64,000 bases of DNA from Isurus oxyrinchus. Its lineage: Eukaryota. The stretch lies in NCBI GenBank assembly GCA_026770705.1, contig JANJGN010000167.1:930001-994000 (forward strand). Direction: 5' to 3'. Below, one piece after another: positions 22,401 to 36,747 of the stretch (within the stretch, counting starts at the first letter, position 1; each line of letters opens with the position of its first letter). The notes below the pieces were generated by a model that saw only the letters and a program-made list of their open reading frames with translations, had not been told where the DNA came from and made no database searches. A program made the position numbers and the translations under genes.

Positions 22401-23689
22401 AAGCCATAAGCACTTTAAGTTCCCGATGATTGTCACTGAACCCTGCTAATGGAGAAGCAACTGATAAGAACGGATACAGCACTTGGTGTTAGCCAAACAT
22501 GGTCTAACAGCGTAGTCATCATCACTGTGTGTCAGCTCAGAGCATTGACCCAGGTATATCCAGCACACATTGATTGTAAAAAAATTGTTAGTGAGCTGGG
22601 ATTGTTACTCTCCTTTCCGGTAACACCACATGGGCTGACACCACTTCCGATCTATAGGTTGGACAGCATCGAGGTTAGAGAGGGGGAAAACCATCTTCAG
22701 TGTCATCATATTCCTACAGTTTGCAGTTGTTTTGGGAAATTATATAATAGGAACCCATCTGTAGGTTTGCAAAACTTGAAGGGGTAAAACCATGTGTCCC
22801 TGTAGGATGGAACAGTCTGGACAGTTGACCTGTGCTTTCAATATCACAGGAGGGACTTGTACCAGGGAGCTAGTGAAGACAATGATTAAGTTTCCTCATG
22901 CAGCCTATGTTGGGGAGTGAGAGTATTGTTTAACCACAGTATGGGTTGAATTTGAAATGCCCAAAAAACCCAAATAAATTCTGGTTTACTGCTCAGTGAC
23001 GCGCTGGGCTGGGGCGAGGGAATCGGTGCAGATTTATCAGCATAAAATCACTGAAATCAATTCCTGAGGGACAAATACAGAAAACTGGAGGGATAAGTGA
23101 ATTGACTTTGTTAAGATATTCCCGCAATATCAGAACAAGCAGTCAGGCTATAAGAAGAGACTGATAAATCCCACTAACAATATTAACAGATACAGCAGAC
23201 AACTCATGAGATCCTGCGGGAAATCCAAATCTTTAATCAGCGGTGATAGTAGGATATGATTTGGGAATGGAAAAGTAATATAGATGTCCACTCTTAGGTG
23301 AAATCCCCTCTCATGTCTTACTTGTTCTGCAGTTGATCATTGCCATATATTTACAGTATGATTTATGTCTCTGACATAAGCAGCTGGAGCAATGATCTAA
23401 AAGCCTACGTGCCGAGCGAGAATAGTTGATGTTAATTCTCAGTTATTGAAATTATTCACTAAAAACGTGGATGCTGTAGGACAGTGCATCATTTCAATTG
23501 TTTTGTATGAATATCTTTTAATGATGTAACTGTGCTTTAATATCTTTCATATTAATGAATGCAACCTGGTTGTGGTGGAGTGCTATGAGCAGAGCTCGTC
23601 TGATAGTGGCAAAATGATGAAGCTATGGAGAAGAGTTTCTGTCTGAAAACATCGCTGAGGTTCAAACTGAACTTTTTAAATTTCAACTA

Positions 23690-23829
23690 AACAGACAGAC
23701 AGATAGACAGAAAGTCACACACACACACTCACACACAGATACACCCATGCTCACACACACACACATACGCACACACACAAACACTCACACACAGATACAC
23801 CCATGCTCACACAAACACAGACACACTCA
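23690..23829. repeat. (CA)n-rich microsatellite running into a gap
   Basis: acagacagac...cacacaca tracts with acagatacacccatgctcacac repeated twice. Confidence 0.9.
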
Positions 23830-24805
23830 NNNNNNNNNNNNNNNNNNNNNNNNNNNNNNNNNNNNNNNNNNNNNNNNNNNNNNNNNNNNNNNNNNNNNNN
23901 NNNNNNNNNNNNNNNNNNNNNNNNNNNNNNNNNNNNNNNNNNNNNNNNNNNNNNNNNNNNNNNNNNNNNNNNNNNNNNNNNNNNNNNNNNNNNNNNNNNN
24001 NNNNNNNNNNNNNNNNNNNNNNNNNNNNNNNNNNNNNNNNNNNNNNNNNNNNNNNNNNNNNNNNNNNNNNNNNNNNNNNNNNNNNNNNNNNNNNNNNNNN
24101 NNNNNNNNNNNNNNNNNNNNNNNNNNNNNNNNNNNNNNNNNNNNNNNNNNNNNNNNNNNNNNNNNNNNNNNNNNNNNNNNNNNNNNNNNNNNNNNNNNNN
24201 NNNNNNNNNNNNNNNNNNNNNNNNNNNNNNNNNNNNNNNNNNNNNNNNNNNNNNNNNNNNNNNNNNNNNNNNNNNNNNNNNNNNNNNNNNNNNNNNNNNN
24301 NNNNNNNNNNNNNNNNNNNNNNNNNNNNNNNNNNNNNNNNNNNNNNNNNNNNNNNNNNNNNNNNNNNNNNNNNNNNNNNNNNNNNNNNNNNNNNNNNNNN
24401 NNNNNNNNNNNNNNNNNNNNNNNNNNNNNNNNNNNNNNNNNNNNNNNNNNNNNNNNNNNNNNNNNNNNNNNNNNNNNNNNNNNNNNNNNNNNNNNNNNNN
24501 NNNNNNNNNNNNNNNNNNNNNNNNNNNNNNNNNNNNNNNNNNNNNNNNNNNNNNNNNNNNNNNNNNNNNNNNNNNNNNNNNNNNNNNNNNNNNNNNNNNN
24601 NNNNNNNNNNNNNNNNNNNNNNNNNNNNNNNNNNNNNNNNNNNNNNNNNNNNNNNNNNNNNNNNNNNNNNNNNNNNNNNNNNNNNNNNNNNNNNNNNNNN
24701 NNNNNNNNNNNNNNNNNNNNNNNNNNNNNNNNNNNNNNNNNNNNNNNNNNNNNNNNNNNNNNNNNNNNNNNNNNNNNNNNNNNNNNNNNNNNNNNNNNNN
24801 NNNNN
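23830..24805. other. Assembly gap
   Basis: N run. Further gaps lie at 39587-39722, 41076-41204 and 46615-46923, all adjoining CA-rich DNA. Confidence 1.
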
Positions 24806-25952
24806 CCCGAGGTGTGGTTTGCCACTGACGCTTCGCCCACAGAAACTGGTTGAGACAATGAGCACTCGGGAATGTGTGAATGTCCTTCTTCCTGCCCCAT
24901 GTCGCTGTGATCACACCCATTGTTGGCATGTAGCTGAAGACAAAGCTGAGAGCAGAGTATTACCATGTGGAGGTGGTCATGGATGGTCAGGGTGGGGTTA
25001 ATAATCCAAAAGGACGGTCGGATTTAAGGGGTCACCTTCTAAAGCTAGGGCCAGATTCAGGAAGGTGTATAAAGAAACAACAGTAAAGGACATAAAGTCG
25101 GTAGAGTTGTTTGTGCAATCGTTCCAGGTTGTCCAGGGAAACCGGTTGAAGGACCTTACAACTGAGCCAGACCCCAGCTTGCAGGATATCTAAGCACCCG
25201 GTATCATGGTGAGTATGTGCTATTGCTTAGAGTTTTAATAAAGGGAATTCACATTCAGTGAAACAATATACAAGTTGTTGTGTACCATCAATGTCAAGAG
25301 TTGAGATCAGAACTTTTGGCCAGTGAGAAGGGGATCTCACAGCGGCACAATGAAAAGCACAGGCGACACTTTAATTCAGTTTCAAGAATCGGTGAATATA
25401 AAGGTTAAATATGAAGGTGCAGTCGCCAGTTCAATGGAGTGGATGGTGAGTGCAGGGTGGTGTCTGGAGAGAGACATGTCCTCTGGGCTCTCCAGTGTGC
25501 AGTTATTGCAAAGTTTCACTTAAATCCTTGCAGAAATAGTGATTTGCAAAAATAAACACTTGGTGATTTAAAAAAATTATCTCAAAGGAATCAGATATTA
25601 CATCGCAGTTTAAAGCCGGAGTTTACACCTTTGTGGGAAATAATGGAAGGGGTGTGTATGGGTGGCTCAAAGCGAGAAACACACACACACAGTGAGAGTG
25701 AGGAGGGTGAGGAGGGTTCAGCGGCTCGGGCTGTGCGATGGACAGGCTTCCCGAGTCATTGTGAAATAGCAACTCTTTGCTACATGTGGGATCTTGCTGT
25801 GCTCACACTTTTCTTGTTTATGTGTCTCTCTATTTTCTCTCCCTTGCCCCCTCTGTACCTCTCCCTCTCTGTCTCTCTGCTCATCTAGTTGTTTCCATGT
25901 GTAATATTTTAATACATGTAAAAAATAATACATCAATTAGAATAGATTTTAT

Positions 25953-26521
25953 AAAAACAAAGAAAACTGCCGATGCTGCAAATCCAAAACAAAAACAGAA
26001 TTACCTGGAAAAAACTCAGCAGGTCTGGCAGCATCGGCGGTGAAGAAAAGAGTTGACGTTTCGAGTCCTCATGACCCTTCGACAGAACTTGATTTCGAGT
26101 CCAAGAAAGAGTTGAAATATAAGCTGGTTTAAGGTGTGTGTGTGGGGCGGAGAGATAGAGAGAGAGAGAGGTGGTTGTGTGGACAAACAAGCAGTGATAG
26201 AAGCAGATCATCAAAAGATGTCAGCGACAATGGTACAATAGAACACATAGGTTTTAAAGTTAAAGTTGGTGATATTATCTAAACAAATGTGCTAATAAAG
26301 AATGGATGGTAGGGCACTCAAGGTACAGCTCTAGTGGGGGTGGAGGGAGCATAAAAGATTTTAAAATATTTAAAAATAATGGAAATAGGTGGGAAAAGAA
26401 AAATCTATATAATTTATTGGGGAAAAAAAGGGGGGAAACAGAAAGGGGGTGGGGATGGGGGAGGGAGCTCAGTTGTTGAATTCAATATTCAGACCGGAAG
26501 GCTGTAAGGTGCCTAGTTGGA
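25953..26521. mobile_element. Young Penelope-like pLTR fragment with hammerhead motif (26051-26089, minus strand)
   Basis: Near identical to 60196-60706. Possible 9-bp TSD agattttat at 25944-25952 and 26522-26530. Confidence 0.85.
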
Positions 26522-27189
26522 AGATTTTATGTTTAGTAGGATGAGGATGAGCTGGGCGCTGTTAGGATCGGGTGTGGAAGGAATGTGTCCCATTTACAAC
26601 TTGCCTGTTCCAGCCCCACTGTGGCGTTTGGGGGTGACTTGTGGATGGAGGGGAATGTTCTATTTCAATCTTCCCTTTTCTTGTCCCTGAGGTTTTATTG
26701 CAGCCTCTGTGACTGGGGCTTACAGAGTTAGAACGATTCAAACTGCAGATTTTTGCTGCCTTTCATGCCGGACAAGATTAACCCCTTCAACTGACATCAC
26801 TGAGACTGATTTATCTGGAGATTAACACCTTGTGCTTGCGGGATCCTGTTCTGTGCCGAGCATTCCTGCAGCCTTCCCTGCAGAACGGAGAGAATGAGGG
26901 AGAATAGCAGGAGAGAGCAATACTGAAGGGATAGTGACGCGACTACCGGGAGGGGGCTGAGTGAGATGGATCTGGGGGTCTCCGAGTGTGGAGACACTGC
27001 CCATCACCCAGGCTCTGGAGGAAAAACCCTCACCATATTCTTCCAGAAGGTAGCAGCAGTTACAGAAATAACACTGGGATATTGAGAGGGTGAATCCCGG
27101 TGCCTCGCAGAGCTATTTTGTTTAAAATACATTTCCCCACCCGGCCGCTTTATCAATTCTCATCTAAAACACTTTTACCTGGCAGTTCT

Positions 27190-27365
27190 CAGGATTGCTG
27201 TATGGGATTTCGCTGTGCACAAATGCCCAAAGAATATCCTCAATTCCATCAGTGACCACACTTTAAGAAAGTTAATTAATTGACTGTAAAACAGTCAGGA
27301 GTGCTCGAATTTAATTAGTAAACGTGAAGATGTTACAATTCCAAAATAATGCTGGCATCTTATAT
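27190..27365 (+). mobile_element. DeuSINE/SacSINE1-like 3' fragment
   Basis: ttgctgtatgggatttcgctgtgcacaaat...cagtgaccacacttt..aaagt..ttaattgactgtaaa. Confidence 0.5.
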
Positions 27366-27459
27366 AATGCGATGGATTAAGGGTTCAATGAAACTTCAAT
27401 TCACATTATTTAGGGCCAGAATGTCTTTTTCTCTCTCTCTTTCTGCATCTCCATCCAAT

Positions 27460-27800
27460 GCAGTTGAGAGCGAGGAGAGTGAGAGGTGGAGCCGGAGTTG
27501 GGGGCGGGGAGGTGGCGGTGGGTGTGGTGCGGGAGAGAGAGGTAGGGAGAGAGAATGGCAGAAAGACAGAGAGAAGAAACTGATGGGAACTGCGAAAGAG
27601 AGTGGGATAGAGGGAGAAATCAAATCTTGAAGTGAAGGACTACATAATGGATGGAACAAGAGAGACTGCGAGTGACAGGGAGAGAGGGAGAGAGTGCACA
27701 AGAGTCTGAGAGAGGGACAGAGGGTGAGAGGGAAAAGATTGAGGAAACAGAGAAAGACAGATGGAGTGAAATATTGAAGATACAGCGAGTGAGACAGAAG

Positions 27801-27842
<42 letters not shown>

Positions 27843-27900
27843 GAGAGAGAGACAGGCAGACACAGAGAAAGAGGAAAGATTGACGGAAACAATGTAAGAG
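27460..27900. repeat. GA-rich low-complexity tract with (TA)n at about 27803-27838
   Basis: Direct inspection. Confidence 0.9.
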
Positions 27901-28699
27901 CAGGGCACAGGGAGGAACAAATGGAACAGAAGGGCTGAATGGACACAAGGTATACGGTGGGGTGGGGAGAGGGACATGTTCTCCAAAGTGCCCATGTCCC
28001 TGGTGGCACTGGATGTGGGGTATTTCCTTGCACGTTTTCTGGCATCTTTGTTGCCATGCAACTTTACAAACACATTATTGTGGAATGTTTCCGGGGGTCT
28101 GGAATTAGATTTGGAAAGGTGAGGTGGCCCTGTATAGGTCTGTTTTTATTCCTGAATAATTCCTGAGCATTAGGATGAATGACATATTAGAAAGGTGAAA
28201 GGTCTTCGTGGGGCGGGGCATATGGGGGTAGATTTTGAAGCAATCAGCAGTTTTATCCCCACCCCAGATTCTGGGAGGGAATTAAAACATTTCTGAGGGT
28301 TGAAGGTTGAAGAAGGAAGTGCACCTGGCTAATGAATCATTGCTACTTGCGGGATCTTGCAGTGCACACATTACTTACAGCCTCATCTAAACTGTGACCG
28401 TGCTGACGCTGACTCAAGTGAGTTTTACTGAAGACCTGATTGTGAATTGTTTCCAATTCCCCCAAAAACTCCCTCCACCCCCACAGACCTCTACAAAAAT
28501 CATTGGTTAATAATAATAATCATTGGTCACCGGTGTGTGCCATTACTTAAAACTGAGATGGAAAACTCTTCAGAGAGCATTTCCATCAAGAGTCGCCCAG
28601 TTTTGGGGAGGGAAATGGACAGAGACATCAACAGGACTGAGCGGATATGGGGTGGAGTGCAGTGAATGCTTGGGGGCAATCCCAGAGTGAGAGGGTGAA

Positions 28700-29565
28700 G
28701 GATGATTTTAATGGTTTGGATTAGTGGGCAGAAAAGTGGTAAATGGAATTCAATCCGCTGAAGTCTGAGGTAATGCATTTGGGGAGGGCAAAAATTGCAA
28801 CGGAATACTCAATAAACTGGGAGGAAATTGAAAGGGATAGAGGAAGTGAGAGGCATTGGATCAGATGTCAACTGACCCTGAAGGTGGCAGGACAAGTGGA
28901 TAAGTTCGTAAAGAAAGCAGATGGAATTTTTTTTTTCACTTTGATGTGGTATTGAATACAGTAGCAGGGATCTAATGTTGGAACTGTGAAAAAAAACGCT
29001 GGATATTCCACCTCTGGAATATTGCGCATTGTCTAGCCAGCAAATTACAGGCAGGACATCATTGCTCTGGAGAGAGCACAGAGGAGATTTACAAGCATGT
29101 TGCCAGGGCTGGAAAATTGTGAGCTATGACGTCCGATTCGGATAGGCTAGAGTGGTTTCCCTTGGAACTGATGAAGCTGAGGGCTGACTTGTTTGACGTT
29201 TACAAGATCATAAGAAGCCTAGATAGTTTAGACAGGAAATACCTGTTTCCCCCAGTGGAGAGAAGAATTACCAGGGAGCACACATTGACGGTGATTGGTA
29301 GAAGGATTAGCGTTGACATGTAGAAAAACCTTTTCACCCACAGTGAGCTGGGTTTCTGTAACCCGTTGCCCGGATTGGTGATGGAAGCAGAAATGTTCAA
29401 TGCATTGAAAAAGTACCTGGACCAACACCTGAAGTGATGTAACCTGAAAGGATATGGACCGGGCGCTTGAATGTCGGATTAGAATAGGTGGCAACATGTT
29501 TTCCTCCATCACAGACACAATGGACTGCATGGCTTATTTCTGTGCTTTAACATTTCTATGCTTGC
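28700..29565 (+). mobile_element. CR1 LINE 3' fragment
   Basis: MEFNPLKSEVMHLGR and KLRADLFDVYKIIRSLD are CR1 ORF2 motifs; ends in a tttctatg tail. Confidence 0.85.
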
Positions 29566-30069
29566 ATGGAATAGATGAGGGACAGTTCTGGGCTAAGTGG
29601 GTATAGATTGGGCTGTGGGGGTGTCAGTGGGAGAGAGACAGTCCTGAACTGAGAGGGAATGAAGAAATTTGGGAGGTGTAAATGGCAGAAGGACAATTGC
29701 GGGCCTAATGAGTATGGTGGGGGGTTGAAGGGCGTACTGCGGGGGTGTGAATAGCAGAGTGAAAAATATGAAACATCATTGTCTGTGTGTATGTTTTCAA
29801 TGCGTCAGTAACAAAAATGAAGGGGGTCATCAGAACTAATGAGGGGGGCTGAGAATTATTATGCGTCAGGGGTTTCTCAGAAATATTGACAGCAACAAAA
29901 TTAATGGGCGTCTCAGAATTGTTGGGGCTTGCACCTAATTAATGGTGATGTCCTCATAATAAATTGGGTGCAGAATGAAGAGGGGGAATGAAAAATATTG
30001 AGAAGGGGCCATACATTCCAGCATCAACAATTTAATTAATAATCTCTCTCTATCCAGGAGTCTGAGAGT

Positions 30070-30580
30070 CTATAAAACCATCTCTCACTCTCGCTCTTAG
30101 TCTCTCCTGTTCTACGTCTCAGTCTACACTCTCCCAACCTCTCCATCTCCCCTACAATATCGCCTATCTCTCTCTGATTCTGTAATCTCCCTCTCTCAAA
30201 CTTAATGTCCCAGTCACTACCTCTCTCTCTCGCTCATTCTCTCTCTCTCTCTTTTACTCACTTCCTCTCTATCTCTGCCTGTCCCTCCCTCTCACTCCCT
30301 CTCTTTCTCTATCTCATCTCACTCAGTCAACCTACTTCTCTCTATTTCTCAATCACTCTCACTGTGCTCTCGCTATGTCCATCTCTCTGTCTCTCTCTCC
30401 ATCTCCCTCCTTGACTGTCTGTCTCTCTCTTTCTCACTCTCACTGTCCCTCTTCTCTCTTTTTCTCCCTCCGTTTCTCTCTCTTTCTCTATCTCTCTGTC
30501 TCTGACTCAATCTCGCTCTCTGTCTCGCTCTCTCCCTCAGTCTCTCACTCTCTCTCTCTGTCTCCAATTCCCCCATAACC
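30070..30580. repeat. CT-rich low-complexity tract
   Basis: Degenerate (CT)n/(CTGT)n. Confidence 0.9.
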
Positions 30581-30793
30581 TGCAATGTTGAAGCTGAATT
30601 GGCCCCCGAGCCTTAACTAATGACCTCTACCTCGCTTTTTTCTATGCCCTCCCAACCTCTGATCCGGTTCTCTGCGAGTTGTTCTCCTGTTTTTTGGTAG
30701 AGGTATTCCTGTCTCATCAGTGTGATTGATCGTGGTGATGGACATTTAGTACAGCGAATGGGTGAAGAGAGCAGGTGGGACGTGGCTTTTTCA

Positions 30794-31008
30794 CTCCAAT
30801 CAGCCTAAGGGATCACGATGACACATAGGCACTTCAGCCAATGGGAGCGTGGATATATTACGAGTTGGAATTTCAGTCTAACCACTGGCCGATAATGATG
30901 ATGGACAGTCGGCCCGGCCAATGGGAGGACAGGGACTTAAGGGTGTCCGTTTTTCTGTGCAATTAGTGATGGGGATGCATGATGGACAGGCAGCCCGGCC
31001 AATGGGAA
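30794..31008 (+). promoter_or_regulatory. Cluster of four same-strand CCAAT (NF-Y-like) boxes just 3' of the GPCR stop
   Basis: CCAAT at 30796, 30838, 30918 and 30999 (tCCAATcag, agCCAATggg, ggCCAATggg twice). Function is not shown. Confidence 0.3.
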
Positions 31009-31032
31009 TTAACAGTGTTTGGGTTATTTTCA

Positions 31033-31931
31033 TCATTGAATGAATTGAAGAATTGGAGTAAAGGGATATTTCAGCACATTTTTCAGCTGCTGTCTGAACG
31101 GTTTCTGTGTCACGGCGTAAATCCCAGTGTTAGTGCAGCAGCTCAGGAGCTGCAGCATGAAGCCCAATTCCTGAACAAACTTATTTAACCATACACTGAA
31201 GAGCCCCAAATCATGCATTCGGGTCCATATAGAATACACCATTATCATTGACCATAACAGGATGAAATTGGCCGAGATCACAAACAGTAAAATGATGGAT
31301 TTCCTGCGACTCTCCATCTCTGGGTCTCTGGGTCTCTCCCCACTGCTGTGAGCCCGGAGTCTCCTGCGGGCTCTGCTGCTCAGTAAAATGTGTCTGACGG
31401 TGAGAACATTGAGCAGCAGAATCAGGACAAATGGGACACACGGGGTTAGAATGTGATGGAGGAACTCGATTGCTCCCCAAACCGGAGAGGATAGAATATC
31501 CGCTCTGGAAACACAAAACCAGGGGGTATTCTTCAACCCATACCGACCTGTCAATATAAAACACCAGAAAATGTTCTTTAAACAGCTCAGCACTGTCACT
31601 GTTCCCAGAACCACAGCAGCTGTTTTCTCGCTGCAATATTTAATTTTCAGCTTCAGGCAAGTAATTGCCACAAATCTATCAAAGGTGAAAGTGACGGTGA
31701 ACCAGACAGAACAGTCAGTGGCTGCATAAAGCAGGATGGCGTGGATATTACACAGGGGGATGGACTTCAGGAAAATAAACTGTTCCCAAAAAACAATCGG
31801 AATGTGTCTCAATATCAGGTCCAGGATAACGACCAGTAGATCCGCCACTGACATGGCCACCAGGTAACAAGTGACACATTTGGTCAGACCACAGTTTTTA
31901 CATTTCAGGATCACAATTGTGATTAAATTCA
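31033..31931 (-). CDS. GPR139/GPR142-like class A GPCR, exon 2 (end of TM1 through TM7 and C-terminus)
   Basis: Open frame with YLVAMSVADLL (TM2), C..TFDRFVAI (TM3, DRF), VPFVLILLLN (TM5), FILLW (TM6) and CCTNTGIY (TM7). It is preceded by a polypyrimidine acceptor, ccttctttcgttcccttctttacAG, in phase 1. The ORF-track start at 31932 is a GTG overlapping the acceptor. Confidence 0.93.
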
Positions 31932-32971
31932 CTGTAAAGAAGGGAACGAAAGAAGGACATTATTCACCAGGCTGATAAAGGTAATACCACTTTGCTTGAG
32001 GAGTTGTTGATACCTTGAAATGTGTGACGGCATTCAGTGGTGAATTAAAATAAATTGATATGAAGGAATGTAGGAGGCGGTTGTTGATACAATGGAAGGA
32101 AGCAGAGATTAAATAAGAAACATTGGATGTGAGGAAGGAGGTTGTGAAGAGTATCGGGGATGTCAGGCATAAAAAAGGGGGACACAGTGGTGACTTGGTG
32201 ACGAAGGGATATCGGCACGACACAGGGATGATGGGTAAGAGCCATGTGTGATGGGGAACCGAGGGTGGCTGTGTCAAACCAGAGGTGATACGTGTGTTAC
32301 AGGCTGGTTAGAAAATTGGAATAATTTCTCATTATTACCTCTTCTCCACTAACTCCAATTAGATGCAATAACTTGAAAGATTGTTTAACCCCTGCAGTGC
32401 TGCAGCTTTTAAAAACAGTCACAAAGTAGACTTTCTTGTTATTTTCAGAATCAAATGAAAGGATAAAAATGTATTTAATACAACACCTGAGGGACAATGC
32501 ATAAGAAGTGGTTACTGCATGAACGCGCTGACCCACACATGTGAAAATATTATCTGGAAATATAATACACACTTAGATTATTAGAAGTTTGGAAGATAAA
32601 CTGGTCAATGTTCTACAGCGCTTCAGGTGGTGATTGAAAACTTTTGCAAGTCTGAAGGATTCATTTCTCATTTCATGAAGATAAATAACATCTGTTACAG
32701 AATGCTTTAATAAAGTCCTTAATACAATGTCATTTTTTTTATATAAACTACCTCCATGTCCTGTGATAAAAATTGTCCACAGTTGAACATTCATGTTACG
32801 AACAAAGTCTGAATCTCTCCTCCATCCTCCCAACAAGCTCATGTGCATGTGACATGTCTGTAACCTGAATATCTGGAGACGCATTTGTCAGGGATGCTGA
32901 GTGGGTGGGGGGGAGGTGGGTGTGGGTGTTTGTGGGGTTGTGGAGGGGTGGAGCCAGGAGTGACAGGAGGA

Positions 32972-33320
32972 ACAAAACAAAAACAGAAATACCTGGAAAA
33001 TCTCAGCAGGTCTGGCAGCATCGGCAGAGAAGAACAGAGTTGACATTCCAAGTCCTCATGACCCTTCAACAGAACTAAGTAAAAATAAGAGAGGGGTGAA
33101 ATATAAGCTGGTTTAAGGTGGGGGAAGGCTTCGGGGGAGAAGTGGGGGATGTGTGGTTGTAGGGAAAAGCAAGCAGTGATAGGAGCAGATAACCAAAAGA
33201 TGTCACAGACAAAAGAACAAAGAGGTGTTGAAAGTGGTGATATTATATAAAAGAATGTGCTAATTAAGAGTGTTTAGCAGGATACGCAAGGTACAGATAG
33301 CTGTAGTGGGGGTGGGGTGA
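32972..33320. mobile_element. Penelope-like pLTR fragment (related subfamily)
   Basis: aaaacaaaaacagaaatacctggaaaatctcagcaggtctggcagcatcggc...gtcctcatgacccttcaacagaact. Confidence 0.8.
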
Positions 33321-33321
33321 A

Positions 33322-33652
33322 ATACACACACACAGCCATGCACACTTGCATGGAGACACGCACACAGACACGCACACTAATTATTCCTCACATGCATAAC
33401 ACACACACAGACACACTTGCAAACACTCACGCACAAGCACATACAGAGAAACGGATAGGCAGGCTCACAGACACGCATACATAAACTTCTCAAGTGCAAT
33501 TAGGCTTAAACTTTAATTGCTGGCCTAGCCAGAGGTGCTACTATCCATGTGCGTGCACGCACACAGACACACACACACACGCACGCACAGTCATTCACAC
33601 AGAGAGGCACAGGTGCGCACAGAGACTTCAACAAGTGCACACAGAATAACAA

Positions 33653-33684
<32 letters not shown>

Positions 33685-33759
33685 ACACACACACACAGTG
33701 TCATTCACACAGAGAGGCACAGGTGCGCACAGAGACTTCAACAAATACACACAGAATAA

Positions 33760-33827
<68 letters not shown>

Positions 33828-36704
33828 CATTCACACAGAGAGGCACAGGTGCGCACAGAGACTTCAACAAATGCACACAGAATAACAAACACACACACAC
33901 ACACACACACACACAAATAAACATACACGCATGTGCACAAACTAATGCCCACACAAAGTGAAACACATACACTCACACACAATTCTCCACATGCAGTTGC
34001 ACATCTTTATGCACGCGTACATAAACAGGCGATCATATCAAGGCCGACACGCTCACTAAAACACAATATTATCCTCTCTTACGCACAATCACATGAATGC
34101 ACACATAAACACACTGAAAAATGCAACGACATTCACACACACACACATTCAAACAAACTAAATTTCTCACTCTCTCTTACAAACACATGCACACATAAAC
34201 ACATAAAACACTCACACACACAATCACACACACCCACATACATACAAACACGCAGGCTGACAAAAATACATCCACACGCACACATAAACACACATATATG
34301 AATGCACTGATGCACTGACACACAAGAAGCACACATGTCTGCAGACAGTTGCACACACATAAACACACACATGCACCTGTGCACAAAGACACACACAGCC
34401 ACACACACACGCAGACACAAGCACACACACAGACACACACACAGATATACAGAAAGATTCACATGCACATTCACATGCACACAGCATGCACACAGTCACA
34501 TGCACTGGCCTAAGGGCACACGTATTCACACTTGAAGACACACAGGCATCCACACGGACACACAATTGCACAAATTCACAGGCACTCTCTCACCCACACA
34601 CACACACATGCACGCATGCTATCTTAAAGACACAGACATACACGGACAGATATACAAAAGTACAAAAAAAATAACAGCCATATGTATGGAATCAAACAGA
34701 CCAAACCTCTGACCAAAACATCCACACAGAATAATCATTATATACATTATGCTAATTCTTTCTCCCTCTTTCTCTCTATGTGTGTCTCTCTCTGTCTCCC
34801 CCAGTCTCCCTCTCTCACACACATGAATGCACACATACACAGATGCATGCAGACACACGCATATGTCACAGACGCACATGCACTCACACAAACATGCACA
34901 CACTGACATACGCACGCACACACATGCACAGGTACATCCACAAGCAAGTGCGCAGAGAGGCACACATACATGCACACACATGCGCACAGACACGCACATA
35001 CAGTCACATACACACTCACAAACGCGCACGCAATCTCTCTCTCACACACACAAATGCACAGGCATGCATATGCACATGTACATGCATTCACGGAAGCACT
35101 GACACACATGTGCACACACCCACACACAGCCACACAAATGCACATATGTGAACACATACAAATGCATGTGCACACAGACTCACACACTCACACACGCAGA
35201 CACATGCAGACACATACACAGATGCACGAACACGCACACACCCTCACTTACACTCCCACACACGGAGTCACACACAGACAGGCAGACAGACTCATAAAAA
35301 TAATCACAGACGGACTCGCACACAGACACACGCGCACACAGGCACGCATATGTATAGTGACATGCATAAACAGACGCACTTAAACACAAAAAGTGCACAT
35401 GCCTGCACACAGTCAATCACGTGCACACCCACATACCCACACACCCTCACAAATGGATTTATGCAAAGAACACACAGAGATGGACACACACACACAAAAT
35501 CACAGACACAGGAACACAGCATAAACAGAAACGCTCACAAGCACAAACAAACACATAAGCACACAGACGCTGAATCTGACATAGTTATCAACATTCACAC
35601 AAACACAAACACAGACACAAACACATTGTTATCTGCGAAACTCACGCATGCTTACACAGACACACACACACACACACACACAAATACATGCAGACACACA
35701 CACAATCTAATTGAAAGAATCACATGCAGGGATGCACCCAAATGCTTGCATGCATGCATACATATACAGCCTCATGCAGTTGTGCACACACACACTCAAG
35801 CATGGCCACTTTCTCCTGCATACATTACCACACACATGCCCACACCGACAGAACACTCATACAAAAACTGTCAGACAAACTCTCACTCACTCACACAAAA
35901 ACATGCACACACAGACACGCAGATGCACACACACTGATAGCCAAACACACACACAAACACACACACACACAATGATACACACACGCAAACTATGTGGATG
36001 CATACACACTCACGTGTATAAAAATGTCCACATGCTCACAGACATTATTACACAGGTAGACACACTAATGTGCACACACAGATAAACTTCACAGACACTC
36101 TCTGGCTCATAAATGCACAAAACCACACACGCACACACACAAAGAGATACACATCAAAACAAAAACAAAAACAAACACAGAAGCATTCGCACACAGAGAA
36201 AGTGGCATACAAACCCACGCACTCACACATTGAGTAATATTCACAAGGAAAACACATGCCTTTATCACTTTCTCTCTGTCTATCTCACTCAACCTCTCTC
36301 TCTCTCTCACTATCTCTCACACTCTCTCTCTCCCCCTCTCCACCTCTTTCTCGTACAGAATCATACGTTCATGAACACACACATGCAACAAAGCATAGAC
36401 AGACTCATACGAACACAAACACCAGGAACCACACATACACATTCACTTTCATGCACACACACACATGCACTCGCGCTCATTCACACAAACAATCCCAAAC
36501 AAGAAACACAAATACTCATACACATGCAAACACAGAGACATGCACAAGCACTTATGCACATGCACACACATTCACAAGCACACACACATGAACAAGCACA
36601 AACACATATACAGAAACTAACACACACGAAAGTACTCATACAAACATGCAATCACATGCACACACATACATACATTCACACACAAACACACACACACATA
36701 CATA

Positions 36705-36747
<43 letters not shown>

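Noticed and set aside
23747-24966. Long ORFs containing X
   Set aside because: Artefacts of the N gap.
25040-25210. Possible Penelope RT remnant on the minus strand (NSTDFMSFTVVSLYT)
   Set aside because: It is a single short motif resembling SFDVVSLFT, too little to call.
27960-28125. Exon-like non-repetitive stretch (DMFSKVPMSLVALDVGYFLARFLASLLPCNFTNTLLWNVSGG)
   Set aside because: I could not recognise a family or a convincing splice acceptor.
32297-32884. Two adjacent minus-strand ORFs in the GPCR intron
   Set aside because: No recognisable domain, and the GPCR is complete without them.
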